A stretch of DNA of 45,915 nucleotides, filler included, from Catajapyx aquilonaris (GCA_000934665.2; 2 parts of 2 records of this genome joined end to end with filler, not necessarily neighbours in it); one strand, 5' to 3'; shown: positions 1 through 13,596, counted from the first letter of the whole stretch. The notes: a model not told the origin generated them from the letters alone. A program made the numbers and translations.

Positions 1-699
1 ATAAGTGTCATACTCCGCGATGTGAATTTATGCTATAGGTGTGCGTTAACATGTACTGTACGAGCATTAATTTCTCAGACATGGGCACGTCTAGGTACGC
101 AGCTAACAGCAAAAAATATTGCGACGCATAGAATAACAAAAAAGCACCTCAATTAAAATATGTTTGACACGCATATTTCTTTCAAAGTAAGATCTTGGCT
201 AATATGGTGTAGTTGATTGTCTTCCTGATCCACTACGGAGAAGGACAATGTTTTTGGAGCAAACAAACAACACGTATTGTGATCAGAATTTTAGCCCGGA
301 GTGACTCGACTCCAAATAAGAAGTTTGCCAAACGTGCTGTGAATTGCGCATCACGACTGTCCAGTATTGGCCATTTCCGTCGAAAATAGGTCCCCTTCTT
401 CCCATTTATCCTAAGTTTAGTTTTGCAAAGTTCGAGCTGACTGGGGAGGTAAGGGAACAATATTATCAAGTCCTTTCCAGGCAAGCAAAGGAAGCGACTG
501 ATAATGTCATCTTTGAATGTAAACATATAGAGCCTGAGAATTCCGTTGTCTAACTTTACGACGTGTAAACTCAACGATGTCAGTCAAGTCCGAAATTTTT
601 GGACAGCTTAACTGACATCACGTCGACTTGGGCAAATTGCAAACTATGTCCATAGTTATGCTAATTAAAAGCTATATACGTCCTTTTTATTGGACGGAA

Positions 700-1180
700 A
701 ATAACTCTGCACCTCCAGCTCCTGACTCAATTCCTGTGACATTGAGAGAGGTCAAAGGTCTCCTGCAGCTACAACTGGAAAATTCCCAAGTGGAACTCCC
801 ACTTGAAAGCTGGGATTTACCAGCCAAGACCCGAAACACACAATTCAACCCTCACACACACTGGGGCGACTGGTTTTTGTGGGGAAAAGGACATTGCAAG
901 CTTCATTTGCCATTCCATTTCATGCTCCAGTCGATTCAACCCGCAGCATCTCTGCTCTCTTTCAATGCGAGGAGATATACTCGATCAACTTTGGGCTCGT
1001 TTTTCATGCCGGGAGGATTCTGAATCAAAAAAGCGAGGGATATACGTGGCGATGCCGTCTCCTTGTATATTCTGTATAGAATGCAATGGAAGAGCTCAGG
1101 CCCAACAAATATATGGGAGAAGGGTCTGGTTGGAATGCAAACGTCACTTGACATGTAAATGCTATTCGGGAAGGGGGGGT
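700..1180 (+). mobile_element. Degenerate LINE (RTE-like) ORF2 relic
   Basis: PVTLREVKGLL, LKAG, LVFHAGRIL and GRAQAQQIY occur in the order expected for the RT N-terminal region, spread across frames. Confidence 0.3.
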
Positions 1181-4100
1181 TGATATGAAAATGCGGGAAT
1201 GTCTTGTTTCAGAAGGGTTTGCTGCTAAATTTGCGCCAGTATCTCGCCTTTATTTTTAGGCGAAACACACACACAAAAAAGGGTGTGCATAATATGAAAA
1301 CTCCATTACATGTGGGGCGCCACTGACAGGAAGCGCATACTTGAACACAGTTTATGTTAAAATTCTTGCATTATGCGACTCCGTTTTTTTTTGCAACTTT
1401 ATTTTCTCCGCAAAAGTTATTTGATTTGTAAAAACAGTACACAGCCTATTTGCGGCTGTAATAAAATAACAACGATCTCGCTTGAAGAATGCAATAAAAA
1501 TTCATAAGCACCAAATGTAGCTATATAAACACTTATTTTCCTGATTTAACTGAAAATGTAGCAGTGCTTATTTCTCTAAAAAAAGTACGAGAATTTTCAA
1601 AAGAGTTCATACGACCCATGCATGTAACCTTTCACCTTCTGACGCCAAGGTGTTGGAAAATTAAGTTACAATTCTGAGAACCTCGATTTGCTCCTCTCTT
1701 CTTCCTGCTTTAGCTGTTTACTCCACTTCGAGATGCTGGGCTCGATATATAGACGCTCAAAATAAGATTTTTGCGCCAAAAGGAAAGGAAGCGATGTAGA
1801 TTCGACCTCATTTTCCTCCATTCCCCCCAAATCACCATCATCATCATCCGGCTTCCGAATAATGACTGATGATCATATTATTGGCCGATAAACTGCAATC
1901 ATTTCCAATCCTAGCTATAGGAGAGTCAATACTGATGGCTATTCTCCCCAAAAATTGGGGAAATCCCCTGGATTTGGCTCTCCCACAAACCTGGTTCCTT
2001 TTCATTCATCGGGCACGCTCGTCACGTTTTATTCCAACCGCAAAATGATTCCGATTAATCTCTCTCTCCAACCTTTCAATTAAGCAATCAGAATCGGATC
2101 GCAGAATGATTGCTCAATTGCTCCCGTAATTAGTTTCAAACCTTCAGTGAAGTCACCTTATACGAAATGAATAGATATCCGTGCCCTCTTTGAATTCTGC
2201 GGATCATATAACAAGATGCTTCTGACGAAACTTATTTTCTGAAAGACCATCATTAGACTAACACCTGAAACCATTAGAACTTCCAGCACATTTTCACACG
2301 AACAGGAGCTCAAATGTGACTAATACAAACGCAATTACTTTTGAAATGAACACCTCTTTTTTTTAAATATTTCCGGCAGAATATCTCCGCCAGTACTAAT
2401 CCATACGGGCGTTAATCATCAGCCTACAAAAAAATAATATGGGCATAGTTTGAGAATAATTTCGACATTCATTTTCCTGAATGTGTCAGGACCATATTCC
2501 CTCCCGGTTTTCCCTAAATCGGTGATAAAACCGCGATCGAAGGATATCTTCTGTTTCCTCTCGACTGCTTCTGCCACTGTTTGGAAAGGATCCATTCCGG
2601 TTAAGCGTCTCTCATTCATCTTCAAAAAAAAAACATGGGTTCCATTTACTAAAAAAAATAGTGTCCTATCATCTTTAAAGTTGGGAGAGAAAAAAACCAG
2701 ATGACGCGTCGCTTACGCCGCGCATTTATTTATTCATCGAGTGGCACATGTCGGCAGCATTTTGTTTACTGGGCGAATCACAAAACCCCCCCTACCCCAT
2801 CGTGTGCAAGTTAAATGACATGCACACATGACAAGTTACACGGATCCGGGCCACCCAAACTGCGTTTTTAGTAAAAGCTTGATCATTATGAGTACTGGGA
2901 GGGTGACCTAAAGCGACGTAAAATTATGCGGTGTTTGACCCGACGTGTGTTTTTTTCCCCCTAATGGTTGATATCATCCGGACTTTAACTTGTTTAAATA
3001 TCCTATTGCAAACAGAAAGCTGACTACATGGTAATTTATTTCGGGTGTTAATCGTGCCATATTGAGGCCACGTGGTCGCGACAGCATGAAAATAGTGCTA
3101 TAGTCAATTTACATATAGGAAAAGTGCACTTTCAAGGATTTATTTGGAGGGTTAACCCATATAGCGTATAGGATTTCGCTAACAAAATTGAATAAAAAGT
3201 GAATGGCAGTATTTTCTGATAGATTGGAGATGTTTCCTATTTTGCAAGACAACCACTCAACCTCAAAATATGACAAGGCGGATGGAGAGAAAAAAAAGAC
3301 AAACACACCTTTTCAAACTGACACGAACAATCGATCTATTTTTTTTTAAAAAAATGCACACTTTAGGAAATAGCTTCAATGCATAATGTACGTCTTGAGC
3401 CTTGTATTGAACAGTCTGAGTTTGAGCCATTGTTGCTACATTTTGAAACGACGTAAAACATTACACATTGAATGTCTTCCAGCTTGTGACGCAACTCGGT
3501 TTCCTTCGAGATTCCTGATCCTCTCTGACGCAGAACTTTCAGACATGATGCTAACCCACGACATTATTAACTGAATAGTTTGAAGCGGCGTCCTTCTCTT
3601 CAGTGACCGAGAATTTCCAGTGTCCCGTGGCTTTTGTACGATTTCGAAACGAGGTCCAAACACTAGTCCTCAGAACCAATTATAACTTTCGTCCCAGTGG
3701 ACCTGTACACCTCTAATTTGAGCGTAACCCAATGCATGCGGTTATATGGGTATAGTCTCATCATTTTAGACGACAGTTTACATGAACACTACTTATCTCG
3801 TCTAACTGGAGGGCACAATAAACACTCTATCTGCAGCCTGTTGGACATGTTTAATTCAGTGTGAGGATCATTAACCAACTTTTTAAATGTCAGCACTTCC
3901 CCTTCAACACCTGTCTCCTCGTGTTTTGACCTGCCCCGCTCTTGATGAACCCATTGCCAAATTCCAACCCCCGCCGATTCGCAGCTAATTATGATGAGTG
4001 CTGCATACCATTATTGCATATGCGGTCCAATATTATAATCTCGCAAAAACAGGTGGTAATGCGCAGGATTTAATAAATTCTTTGCTGATATTGGGGTGGG

Positions 4101-4489
4101 ATATTAATTTTCAACTGACGTTCCAAAATAACTGCAAACCTACTGCACATTTCTGTAAAATAATCATAAATATGATGAATTTATTATAATGTGTCCCTCT
4201 GGTTTGGAGTTTTAAAAATAGGCACAGTATAAAACGCATTATGATTTTTCTGCAAAATATGTACGTGTCTGTAGCTGAGTTTATCACATTTCGCTAGTTC
4301 TGCCAGCAACTTATCCTCTCAAAATGACAGGGGCCATTGTGTCGCTTTGTGATACGCCGCCTGAATCCCTGCAAAGAGTCCTCCTCAAGCCTAGAGGCAC
4401 GTAACTTGCTTTTAACTTTTAGGTCGAGAGTAGAGGCCAAAGCAGAGAGGAGGTGGAAAAAAAAGGCAATGAATTCCAGGCCTGAGTGT

Positions 4490-4980
4490 AATGCTATAGG
4501 GGACCAGGCTTGAATTGGGTCATTCCAGGTCTATATCCGGGCACAAGAGGTCATTGGAGGCCTCGTCAAAGACAAACATTGTAGCGTGTTGAATTATGCC
4601 CGTCAGCTTCCTCTCTTGTTGGAGCCTCCATGAATGAGAGGGGGCGACATTTTGCCTGTGGTCTACGCTAAACATTTTGGAGTGGGTGTGCCTTAATAGC
4701 CAGAGTTGCCCGCCTTCCAAAAGAGTGAAAATCTACAAAATTTTTGGGGAGGACTTACGACGTGGAAACTGGCGTGAAAACCTCAAGTTATACGAGTTCG
4801 CACCGGGCGTTTCCACTGCAGGTTTATTACAAACAACAGAGGCTGAAAACAACATTGAGAAAGCACAGATGGGGATAAACTTTACAGCAATTTTTTTTAA
4901 CAATCTTTGTGACCCTCGTCAAAATTGTAGGAGTGATTCAACCCTTATCTGGACCAAGCCATTCCATCTTCATTCCTGAC
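4490..4980 (+). mobile_element. Degenerate LINE reverse-transcriptase relic
   Basis: GPGLNWV (cf. APGxDGI), KIYKIF, and FAPGVSTAGLL...IEKA...TAIFFNNL (cf. GFRPGxST...IExA...AxFLDL). Confidence 0.35.
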
Positions 4981-7900
4981 AGCATCACTTTCCTCTCTCA
5001 TGAATCTATTGCTGCTTGCTCTCTATTCGATTACAGTTTTTTAACCCTAAGGTCCCAAAAAAAATGACAGAGCGGACACACAGAATCATTTTGGCAGCCT
5101 CCCCTATAACCCAATCTGGAAGTGACAAATGGACCAGCCCTACAGCTAAACACACGAAAATCCCGCCTACGTCCGCTTCCAAACACGTCAATTTTCTTAA
5201 TCGAAAAGAAGCCCAAACCTTTTGTCTTCTCCTTACAGGGGTAGGAACAAAACAGTGTCGTTTTCTTATTAAACATTCAAACCATCTAAGAATCCCATTT
5301 CCCCAACCGGTTTCAAACAACAATGTCGTCTGATGTTTCACTTCCCCCAGGCCGGCGTCGCGTCGTAAACTTTGTAACGACACAATAATTGCGTCATTCC
5401 TGCAAGGAGCTTGTTCCAAAGAGGGAGACGAAAAGGGAATTATCTCAATTGTTGTCCCAAAAGAGGATTTCCGGGAGGGGGACCCGCGCACCCCTTACGA
5501 GGAATGAATTAAAACGGACGGAAGTGACTTACTAAAAAAGCTGCTTTTCAACTGTCTGCTAACTTTGTACGTGTGCAAAATTCCCCTTGGAGCTTTTAGC
5601 AAACAGACGACACTGTCCACTTGTTTTATTACCCAGCAGGAATCAACAATGTTCAGATGGGAAACTTTGGGCAGTGCATCACCCTGCTGTGCATTTCCTA
5701 TGTGAAGGAGACCTGGTCCGCTAAGCGTATCGCTTTTTATGGGCCACCTCTTTGCGTTTTTATTATCTTTGTGACACCCTGCTCGACAAAGACGGCGGTC
5801 GATATGGACGATTTTTTATTATGGGACGCGGTTGGTTGGACGGGGAGGAAAAGAAATTGTATGGCACAAATAATGATGCTATATATACAATAATTGAGGC
5901 AAGGCTAAAAATAGTGCGATGGAAGCGAGCGAATAGTTTAATAATTATTAACTTGCTGTACTTTGTGTATTATGGAGCTAATTAGCCCGTTCCCTACAGC
6001 TATATTAAGATCAAAAACAATACCTCAGCCTTGTTGTATTGTCACCTAAGTTTTACTGCGCATTGATCAACTTGGTAATAAACCTGGTTGCAACGTCTTA
6101 ATTGGCGTAATTTCAGGTCACGCTTTAATCTGGCGTGCCTTCTGGAATAGACCTAATTGTATAGTCACGTACATTGTAAATTAACAATGCCCCTCCCCAT
6201 CCACCCAATCATTAAGCTGCTTGGATTGGTATCAGCTGTTTTTTAATGTTATTTCCGATGAACAATTTTCCGGAGTCGAATAACGTGCCTGCTCTTTTGC
6301 GTGCGCCATCACCCGTCTTTTATACCAGTAGTTAAACATAAATTTCTCTCCATTCGCTATGTATGTGGGGGGAACAAACGGAGGTTCTGAAGATCATGAG
6401 CATAAAGTCCTTGGCAGCAGGGTGTTTCATAATGATTCCAGGACGAATTCATGCTATGAACCACCCTGTAGAATCATCCATATTAATATTTCCCTCTCCT
6501 CCAACCCCCTCAAAGAAAAGGGATCGATTGTTGGCCCGATAACCGTCTTGTCATTAACAACTCGTGTATGGAGGTCGTCAGGGGAATAACTCGATGGAAG
6601 GAACGACTCTTTATTATGCATCTCGCCATGTTGGATGCAGCGAAGGAACGAGCAGGAATGGCTGATTTTGGCCCTCCCAACGTCTTCCTTCCATTCTTAA
6701 AAAAAAAACGACACAACAGAAAAAAAAAACACAGAGAGGAACCGGAAGCTTTTTGGGTCCTGATTTACGGTGGACTGTAATCAACCAGTTGGAGAGACGA
6801 AGAAGAAGAAAACGCTTTTTGCTGCGAAAGGAGATTGACAATAAGCTGGAGCAAAGTGGCTCCAAGAAGGTCGTGGAAAGGGTTTCATTAGGAAATGCGG
6901 AGAGAAAGTTGGGTTGACACACTACAGTGTTGATCAACTAAACAAATCAACAAACATTTCTTTGATCACTACAATACTTCCAAGTACTTGTATCATAAAA
7001 TATATTCCAAGTGTTCTTCCAATGTTCATTGTGTCAAATAAATTTTCTACATTTAAAAAAAATAATCGTGGTCTTGGCACATCGATATTCGATTCTAACG
7101 TCACAATTTCTCTTCCTATTCAATAGCAGCCGTTTTCAAGCGTGAAATACACAGTTTGCTTCTTTAGGTAGTCACAATATTGATTCCCAACGCACTCAGT
7201 CCATAGCGGTTTATAGGAAAACGCAGGAAAATTCTCCTTTTCCCCAGCTCAGTCTGCTGTCATGCGATATATCTCCAGGGCCCAGAAGGGCAGTGCTTCA
7301 TTTGACAGCGATAAATCAGGTGAAAAACCCACCACCCCAAACCCTTTATTCAACTTCTCCCCCGCCCTCCCCCCAAAAAAGCCTCCCAGTTCCAATCAAT
7401 TGGCCCAACCTTTTAATCCTTGGCCAAGTTTTTTTTTTTTTAAAAAAAAGGACTTGCCACAAATTGGCCAGTTGACCATCGAGCAAAAATTGCGTGCCAA
7501 AAAAATTCCCCACCCACATATTAGGACGGTAAATATTACCCGTTCGTTTGATTCATTCGATTTGTACCTCCCCGCAAATTACGAGCGTTTTACACCCGTG
7601 GGTGCTACCACGCCCAGGTTCGTTTTTGCAAAAAAAATATTTTTGGTTGGGTACAGTGCCATGATTACCTATGTTTGAGGAAATTGCACGTTTTTGCAAT
7701 ATTAACACCCACGGTGAGGCAGACACCACAATTAGCCTAATCACATTTTGTGTAGGAGTAAGTAACGAATCGAGCAACGTGAAAGTGTGCAATTTTTATT
7801 CAAATATTCAAATATGAAAACTTGGCCCAGACTGTCCCTCACATAGATGGCGCACACTATACCGCCACTCTCAGGGTCGTCATATGGACAAACAGAGGCA

Positions 7901-8399
7901 CAAACTCAAGCTAATTGTTCATTATATCCCATCATATTTTTATATTAGGTAGTGATCGCTATTTTTCTGTCGCGCAATTACCAAACCGTTATTTAGCTAT
8001 TTTGGCACACCACTGCTGGGAGTAAGTACATTTAGCATTAATTTTTTTTTATTCCTTTTGGCCCCTGCAGTGCCGAAAACCCAAAATTGGGTAACCGTAC
8101 TCCCAGCTCCAGACATTCAAACCAGCCATCAGAGCTATAATTAAAGCACAACTCTGGTGGCTGGCTAAAAGTTGTTTCCGCCCCTTTTCGAATGGCAAAT
8201 TGCACTTTCTAGCCCAACAATTTCCATTCATTAGGCCTCTTAAACCGCGCTTTTCCTCAGCCAGAAATGTGAGAGAAGGTGCCATGATGGCTCTGGTTGA
8301 ATGCACCTGCTTGCTGCGAAACTGAGAGAGAGAAAAAATAGGGCGCAATGGAGCATGGCCGGGTCCTACTCATTTAAGACTTGAAAACGCCTTTCTTGA

Positions 8400-8750
8400 C
8401 CTGATTTATGGTGAACACCCGGGGGACCTTACGTGAGTCCAAAGTCCAGTTCAAAAAGAGTGTAACATCAGCAAACGACCCACTTAGTTATGACACTTAA
8501 CCAGGCTTGGTGGGGTATGGAGAAAATCGAACTTTTTTGAAACTTTCGGAAACGTAGTCTGGACATTTTTTTGAACAGCAAATTTTTTACTGTTTCAAAA
8601 AAATACTCATTTTATTTTTGTTTTTTAAAAGTTGTAAAGCCTATAGATGAATTTTTACTCGCTCAGCTCCTTGGTTCAGATTGTTCAGATACGACGGACA
8701 AACAAACAGAAACAGACGAACAAACTTTCCATTATACACGTATAGACCTA
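8400..8750 (+). mobile_element. Possible non-autonomous Helitron/Helentron-associated (HINE/DINE-like) element
   Basis: 3' part ACGGACAAACAAACAGAAACAGACGAACAAACTTTCCATTATACACGTATAGA has the ACAG/ACAA microsatellite plus terminal pattern typical of such elements. A small hairpin (GGACCTTACGTGAGTCC) lies near the putative 5' end. Confidence 0.25.
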
Positions 8751-9149
8751 TATGTAGGAAGATGTGAACCATACTTTACAACAAATAGCTACGATACAAT
8801 ACCAAGTAGTGGCTATAATTCCTTCCGAAATTCACCATTGCGGATGCAATGAATGATTAATGCGACCGAATTACCTGGAAATAATAATTTCAACAAAAAA
8901 AACAGACTGTTTCCATATTTTGCGAATATTCTCCCAACCTGGCAAAGACACACAGCTTATTGCTCCACACTTCCGAGTATCTGAGGCTGTTGGTCGGCTT
9001 AGTGTAATCCAACGTTTATGCCGCGAATATAACCGAGCACCGATCTGGAGTTTTGTGCAAGGCCCCCTTTTTTTCACCCCCTGAGCAACTGTGGGAAAAT
9101 ATCTTAAACCGCCAACAATTTGTTTCCATCAGCGGGCGTAACACTGGAG

Positions 9150-9560
9150 GAAAAAAAATAAGAAAAAAATATTGGTCCGTTCCATGGCAGCTAAAGGATT
9201 AGCAGTGAAATATGAGCCAGCAAGTATTATTTTTTTCGCATTTTATGTGACCTTACCTGTGGAGGTAAAGTACTGGCCGAAAAAAATTTGTGGCTACGGG
9301 GTCGATTTAGCTCCGGGGTTTTTGTGTATAGGATTGGACGTCCAGCTGGCTGGCCCGCCGTTTTGCTCCAATATTTGGCGACAAGACGAATTGGTCCAGA
9401 GGCAAGGACGGAAATTGGAAAAGTAAATTATGTACCCGAAATGGTGGACAAGCGAATTCACACTCAGCGCACTGCTCGTCTTAAAGCCCGGGGATTCAAT
9501 TACACTACAAGGTGGTGCACAACCCGCTTGGACTTGCTGAGTTTTCTCCTGGGAACAAAC
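9150..9560 (-). mobile_element. Degenerate LINE reverse-transcriptase relic
   Basis: Minus strand reads W.K...PI..K.PG...NF(F)RPV (about 9288-9271) then K.EKII, resembling the NYRPISL region. Confidence 0.3.
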
Positions 9561-10999
9561 TGGAATTTAACATGATTTTCCTCCAGGGGCAAAGCCTGCC
9601 AACTCACTGAACATTTGTATCCAGAGCATGCGGAGTTTCTGCTGATATGTGTGCCTCTTCTAGTTCTTAATTAATTCTGCTTACCGCAGCTGGAGCCGGA
9701 TTATTATTGGATTACGCCGTGTTAATCGCGGCTCTTTTCAACGATACTCCGTCGTCTGCTTCTCTTTTATACACACTTGTCTCGCCTTGTGAAACAGAAT
9801 CGTTCGATCTTAATTTTGTTGATGACATGATGAGAAAGTCCGTTTGTGTAATCATTACGACCTTTCTATATCTGGATGCCAAAAAATAACATTGAATAAT
9901 ATGAACTCATATTCAGTGTGCAATACGCAAATGTAACCCCACGTTCAAAATGATTTGAGAGAAAAACTAATTTATGTGTGTACGTATTTAAACTGGATGG
10001 ATTGAATTCACAATATTCGGGCCGTACGTTTAAAGTCATAAAATTCTACTTACGTTAGTCCCACTTGATAGTTTCTGCAAAAAAATGGGGGGGGGCATTA
10101 GCAAACAGCTGTTCCGGATGATAGCACAAAAGGACACTCCTCGAAAATTTCGGGGACACAACTTCTCAGAACTACAGCACAGGCACACTATTGTCCTGGA
10201 GTTTCCCCCGTATAACCAACCCTCCTGCAGCGAATTGCTCTGTTTAATGCAACCTTGCATTTTTGTAGCCCGAGTTCATCAAAGGACACCGAAATTTTTT
10301 GTAAAAGGACTCCTATTTGACTCAGCCCCTTTAAACTTTCCTTGGTGCGTGACTTTAAGAGACGGAAGCCTTGTGTGCAAGTTTTGTCCCGAAGCCTGCT
10401 GTCATCAACATGAAATATTTAACAAAAAAATTTTACTGATTAAATTTATCAGTAAAAATTCATTGCAACTTATTTAATAACAATTTAAAATTCTCTCTTA
10501 ATTTGTTTTCTGAATCATTACGAATCGCTCTGTTTTTGCTCTATTTCCTGGTCTACTGAAGAAATGGGCCCAAACATATTTCTTGCGGTGCAGTTTTTTT
10601 TGTACTTTGATGTTGTTGTCACGATCTGGGGAGATTGTCATTCAAGTCATGCTTTGGTGCACATTTGTGTTTTATATTACACGTTAGTGCGCACCATTAT
10701 TGTTGAGACAGCCATTTTGCGCGGGGGGTTATGGTCAGGATGAGCTTAACGGCCAACGATATCCACATTCTGACTCCTACATATTTATGCTCAGGGCCTG
10801 TACATGCAAGAATCCACTGCACTTAGGGTGCAATTTGTCTGCAAAGAAAAAGAGCCGCACATTTGTTTTAAAGAGACAAAAATAGGTTTCCCAAAAGACT
10901 GGGGAGTCGTTTATTCGTAGTTTCAGATTAATATTTAACATCCGGCAATGCACAATACTTTCGGTAGACACTATTATAGGACATGGTGCACCATTTATG

Positions 11000-11480
11000 A
11001 TATCACACCCTGAAGGTATCTCCCACAGTAATCCGATCACGCTCAAACACAAATCCTGCACCAGACGCAGCATTTTCTCTTCTCCATAGCCTTTGACAGC
11101 AAAAAAATACAGAAAAAAGAAATAAGTAGGCCTATACGAGTTTAGGAAAAGAAAAAAAAGGAACAAAAATGGGAAGAGAGAAAAAAATAAGAGTGGTAGC
11201 TTTTCGAGAAGATTTTCTAGACCCAGGAGGCTGGCAGATTCTTCTTTTTCAGCCCAGGGGTTGCCCCGTGATTCCCGGTGACAGGGAAACAAATAGCCGG
11301 AGAATCCGCCAGAGTATTTTTGCGACCGGTTGCATGTAGTGATGAGTGGTGGAAAAAAACAAGTGAAAAAAGAGGCCCCATTCTTGCCCGTGTCCTAATG
11401 GCCGTTCCCATCATCTCTGCTCCCCGGAGGAGGGAAAAGAGCTATGGTTTCATCCCGGGATACCGACTCTACAGAGTCTC
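11000..11480 (+). mobile_element. Degenerate LINE reverse-transcriptase relic
   Basis: FSIAFDS (AFDS at 11089-11100) followed about 280 bp later by KRGPILARVL (cf. KAFD ... QGxxLAPxL). Confidence 0.3.
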
Positions 11481-12383
11481 TAAAGCCTGCTGACCAAAGT
11501 CCCCAAAAAAAGGTGAAAGAAAAAAAAATGTCGCTATCTTGGGAGTAATTTGACACCAGTTTCGCCAATAACGTAATAGCTCTTGGTTAAGAGAGTCGCA
11601 GTTAACATGTTGAAAAATTAGCTGTCATACAAAAATGTAATGGTTTAAAAAAAATCTTCATGCGGACGAGGTAGTTACGTAAATTTCAATTCAACCCGCG
11701 GTTATATAATTTTAACAAGCGGAGTCTAATAAGCGAAAGGCAAGCTGTCGAATATTCAAAATAATGTCTGCGTGGCTCTAAAACAGTTTGCGTTTTCAGG
11801 GGAGCCGGAAACAATATTACTAACTCCATATTCATGCAAATCACGTCAAGTTCAACTCCGCAAAAAAACCAGGGCTGACATCAACTATAATGCCCATTTT
11901 CATTTAAACTGTTCACACGTTTAGGTTTCCCATACAACGCGCATCCGAAATCCAACATGCAAAGTAGATTCACATTGAAAGGCTTGACTTCTGTGCCGCG
12001 TGATGAGTTCATACATACTAAAACATCCGATAAAATAATATGCGTCTGCTCATCGGAACATTGTTGGGAAGAATATACGTCCACCATTCAATAATCAGTA
12101 GCATTGCTATGTTCTTATTGCAATTTTTTTTTTGACACGATCGATTGGCAGTCTTTCAAGAAGGAGATGGAGTGCTTGATCTTTTTATGGAAGAATCATA
12201 GTCCGCAATTTAACGATCTCTACACACGCCATAAAGAAGTTTGTGGAAATCATAAAATCTGACTTACGGGGGACTGCGCACATAAAAAAATATTGGCTTA
12301 TGATCACTGAAACTATATCAATAAAAATAACTTACTTGACCAATAACTGCTTTCACATGAGATTGTAGGATAACTTAATTACA

Positions 12384-12403
12384 TTTTTTGGATTTTTTTC
12401 CAG
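12384..12403 (+). promoter_or_regulatory. 3' splice acceptor of a 5'-UTR intron of the CCHamide receptor gene
   Basis: Polypyrimidine tract TTTTTTGGATTTTTTTCCAG|G ending at 12403, with a 20-nt exonic leader before the Kozak ATG. It sits at the sharp AT-rich to GC-rich compositional boundary. Confidence 0.75.
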
Positions 12404-12423
12404 GTGTTGATACAGTAGACGCC

Positions 12424-13596
12424 ATGGAGTCAATGGACGACGCTTACAACGCCAGCGAAGTCAACACGACAGCGAACCTGACGTCCAATCTGGAGCACTA
12501 CATCCCTTACAACGAGCGTCCGGAAACGTACGTGGTTCCAGTCCTGTTTGCGATCATCTTCATCATCGGCGTACTGGGCAACGGCACCCTGATCCTCATC
12601 TTCCTGCGACATCGTACAATGCGAAACGTACCCAACACCCACATCTTCAGCCTGGCCCTTGGAGACATCATGGTCATCATCTTCTGCGTACCATTCACCA
12701 GCACCGTCTACACCATCGACAGCTGGCCATACGGAGAGCTCATCTGCAAGTTCAGCGAGTTCGTCAAGGACATATCAATCGGAGTGTCCGTCTTCACGCT
12801 GACCGCCCTCAGCGCTGACCGGTACTTCGCAATCGTCGACCCAATGAGAAGGAGGGCCGGACGAAGAGCCACGACCTTCACATTGTTGACAGCTCTTGCG
12901 ATATGGATATGCGCTACTGTTGCTGCTCTTCCGTCCGTCATCTTCTCGTACGTCAGGTTCATACCCGTCGATGCCGGCGGGAAGGGCATCGAAGTGTGCT
13001 ACCCGTTTCCGGAGGAGTTCGGGGAGGCGTACCCCAAGGCGGTGGTTATGATTAAATTCCTGGCGTACTATGCCATACCGCTGTTGGTCATCGCATTCTT
13101 CTACGTGCTGATGGCCTACCACCTGATGCTCAGCACAAAGCACATGCCCGGAGAGGCACAGGGTCAGCAAGGGTTCAAGCAGATCCAGGCTCGGAAGAAG
13201 GTGGCCAAGATGGTCCTCTCGTTCGTGGTCATCTTTGCCCTCTGCTTCTTCCCTTACCACGTATTCCTCCTGTGGTTCTACTACTACCCGAACTCACAGG
13301 AGCTGTACAACCACTTCTGGCACGCGTTTCGGATCGTCGGATTCTGCCTGGGTTTCATCAACTCCTGCATCAACCCCATTGCTCTGTACTGTGTCAGCGG
13401 TACGTTCAGGAAGCATTTCAACCGACACCTCTTCTGCTGCCTGTGTCCTCCGGATCAGACCATCACCAGACAGAAGTCAACGTGGGAGACAACGTCCCAG
13501 AGCGTGTACCATAACCATCACTCGAACAGCACCTTGCGACGGCACGACGAATACACAATGACCTCGATGCTGCCTGCGAACGACAAGGTCACCTGA
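12424..13596 (+). CDS. CCHa1-R: Neuropeptide CCHamide receptor (class A GPCR, bombesin/CCHamide receptor family), 390 aa, CDS in a single exon
   Basis: Seven hydrophobic TM segments. N-terminal glycosylation sequons (NAS, NTT, NLT). Family-typical YIPYNERPETYVVP before TM1, GN in TM1, MRNVPN/SLALGD in ICL1-TM2, WPYG..C in ECL1, ADRYFAIVDP, ECL2 CYPFP, TM6 CFFPYH, TM7 NSCINPIALY, and helix-8 FRKHF followed by CCLC. Strong C/G third-position bias compared with the flanks. Start placed at the Kozak ATG (GCCATGG, 12424) rather than the TTG at 12388. CCHa1-R versus CCHa2-R subtype cannot be resolved by eye. Confidence 0.93.
   Translation: MESMDDAYNASEVNTTANLTSNLEHYIPYNERPETYVVPVLFAIIFIIGVLGNGTLILIFLRHRTMRNVPNTHIFSLALGDIMVIIFCVPFTSTVYTIDSWPYGELICKFSEFVKDISIGVSVFTLTALSADRYFAIVDPMRRRAGRRATTFTLLTALAIWICATVAALPSVIFSYVRFIPVDAGGKGIEVCYPFPEEFGEAYPKAVVMIKFLAYYAIPLLVIAFFYVLMAYHLMLSTKHMPGEAQGQQGFKQIQARKKVAKMVLSFVVIFALCFFPYHVFLLWFYYYPNSQELYNHFWHAFRIVGFCLGFINSCINPIALYCVSGTFRKHFNRHLFCCLCPPDQTITRQKSTWETTSQSVYHNHHSNSTLRRHDEYTMTSMLPANDKVT

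Noticed and set aside
7480..7800. TVNITRSFDSFD resembling the RT KAFD motif
   Set aside because: A single weak motif, insufficient to call, though it may be another LINE relic.
12388..12423. N-terminal extension MDFFPGVDTVDA of the 402-aa ORF
   Set aside because: It starts at a TTG inside a polypyrimidine tract and acceptor. The Kozak ATG at 12424 is the likely start, although a short upstream coding exon cannot be fully excluded.
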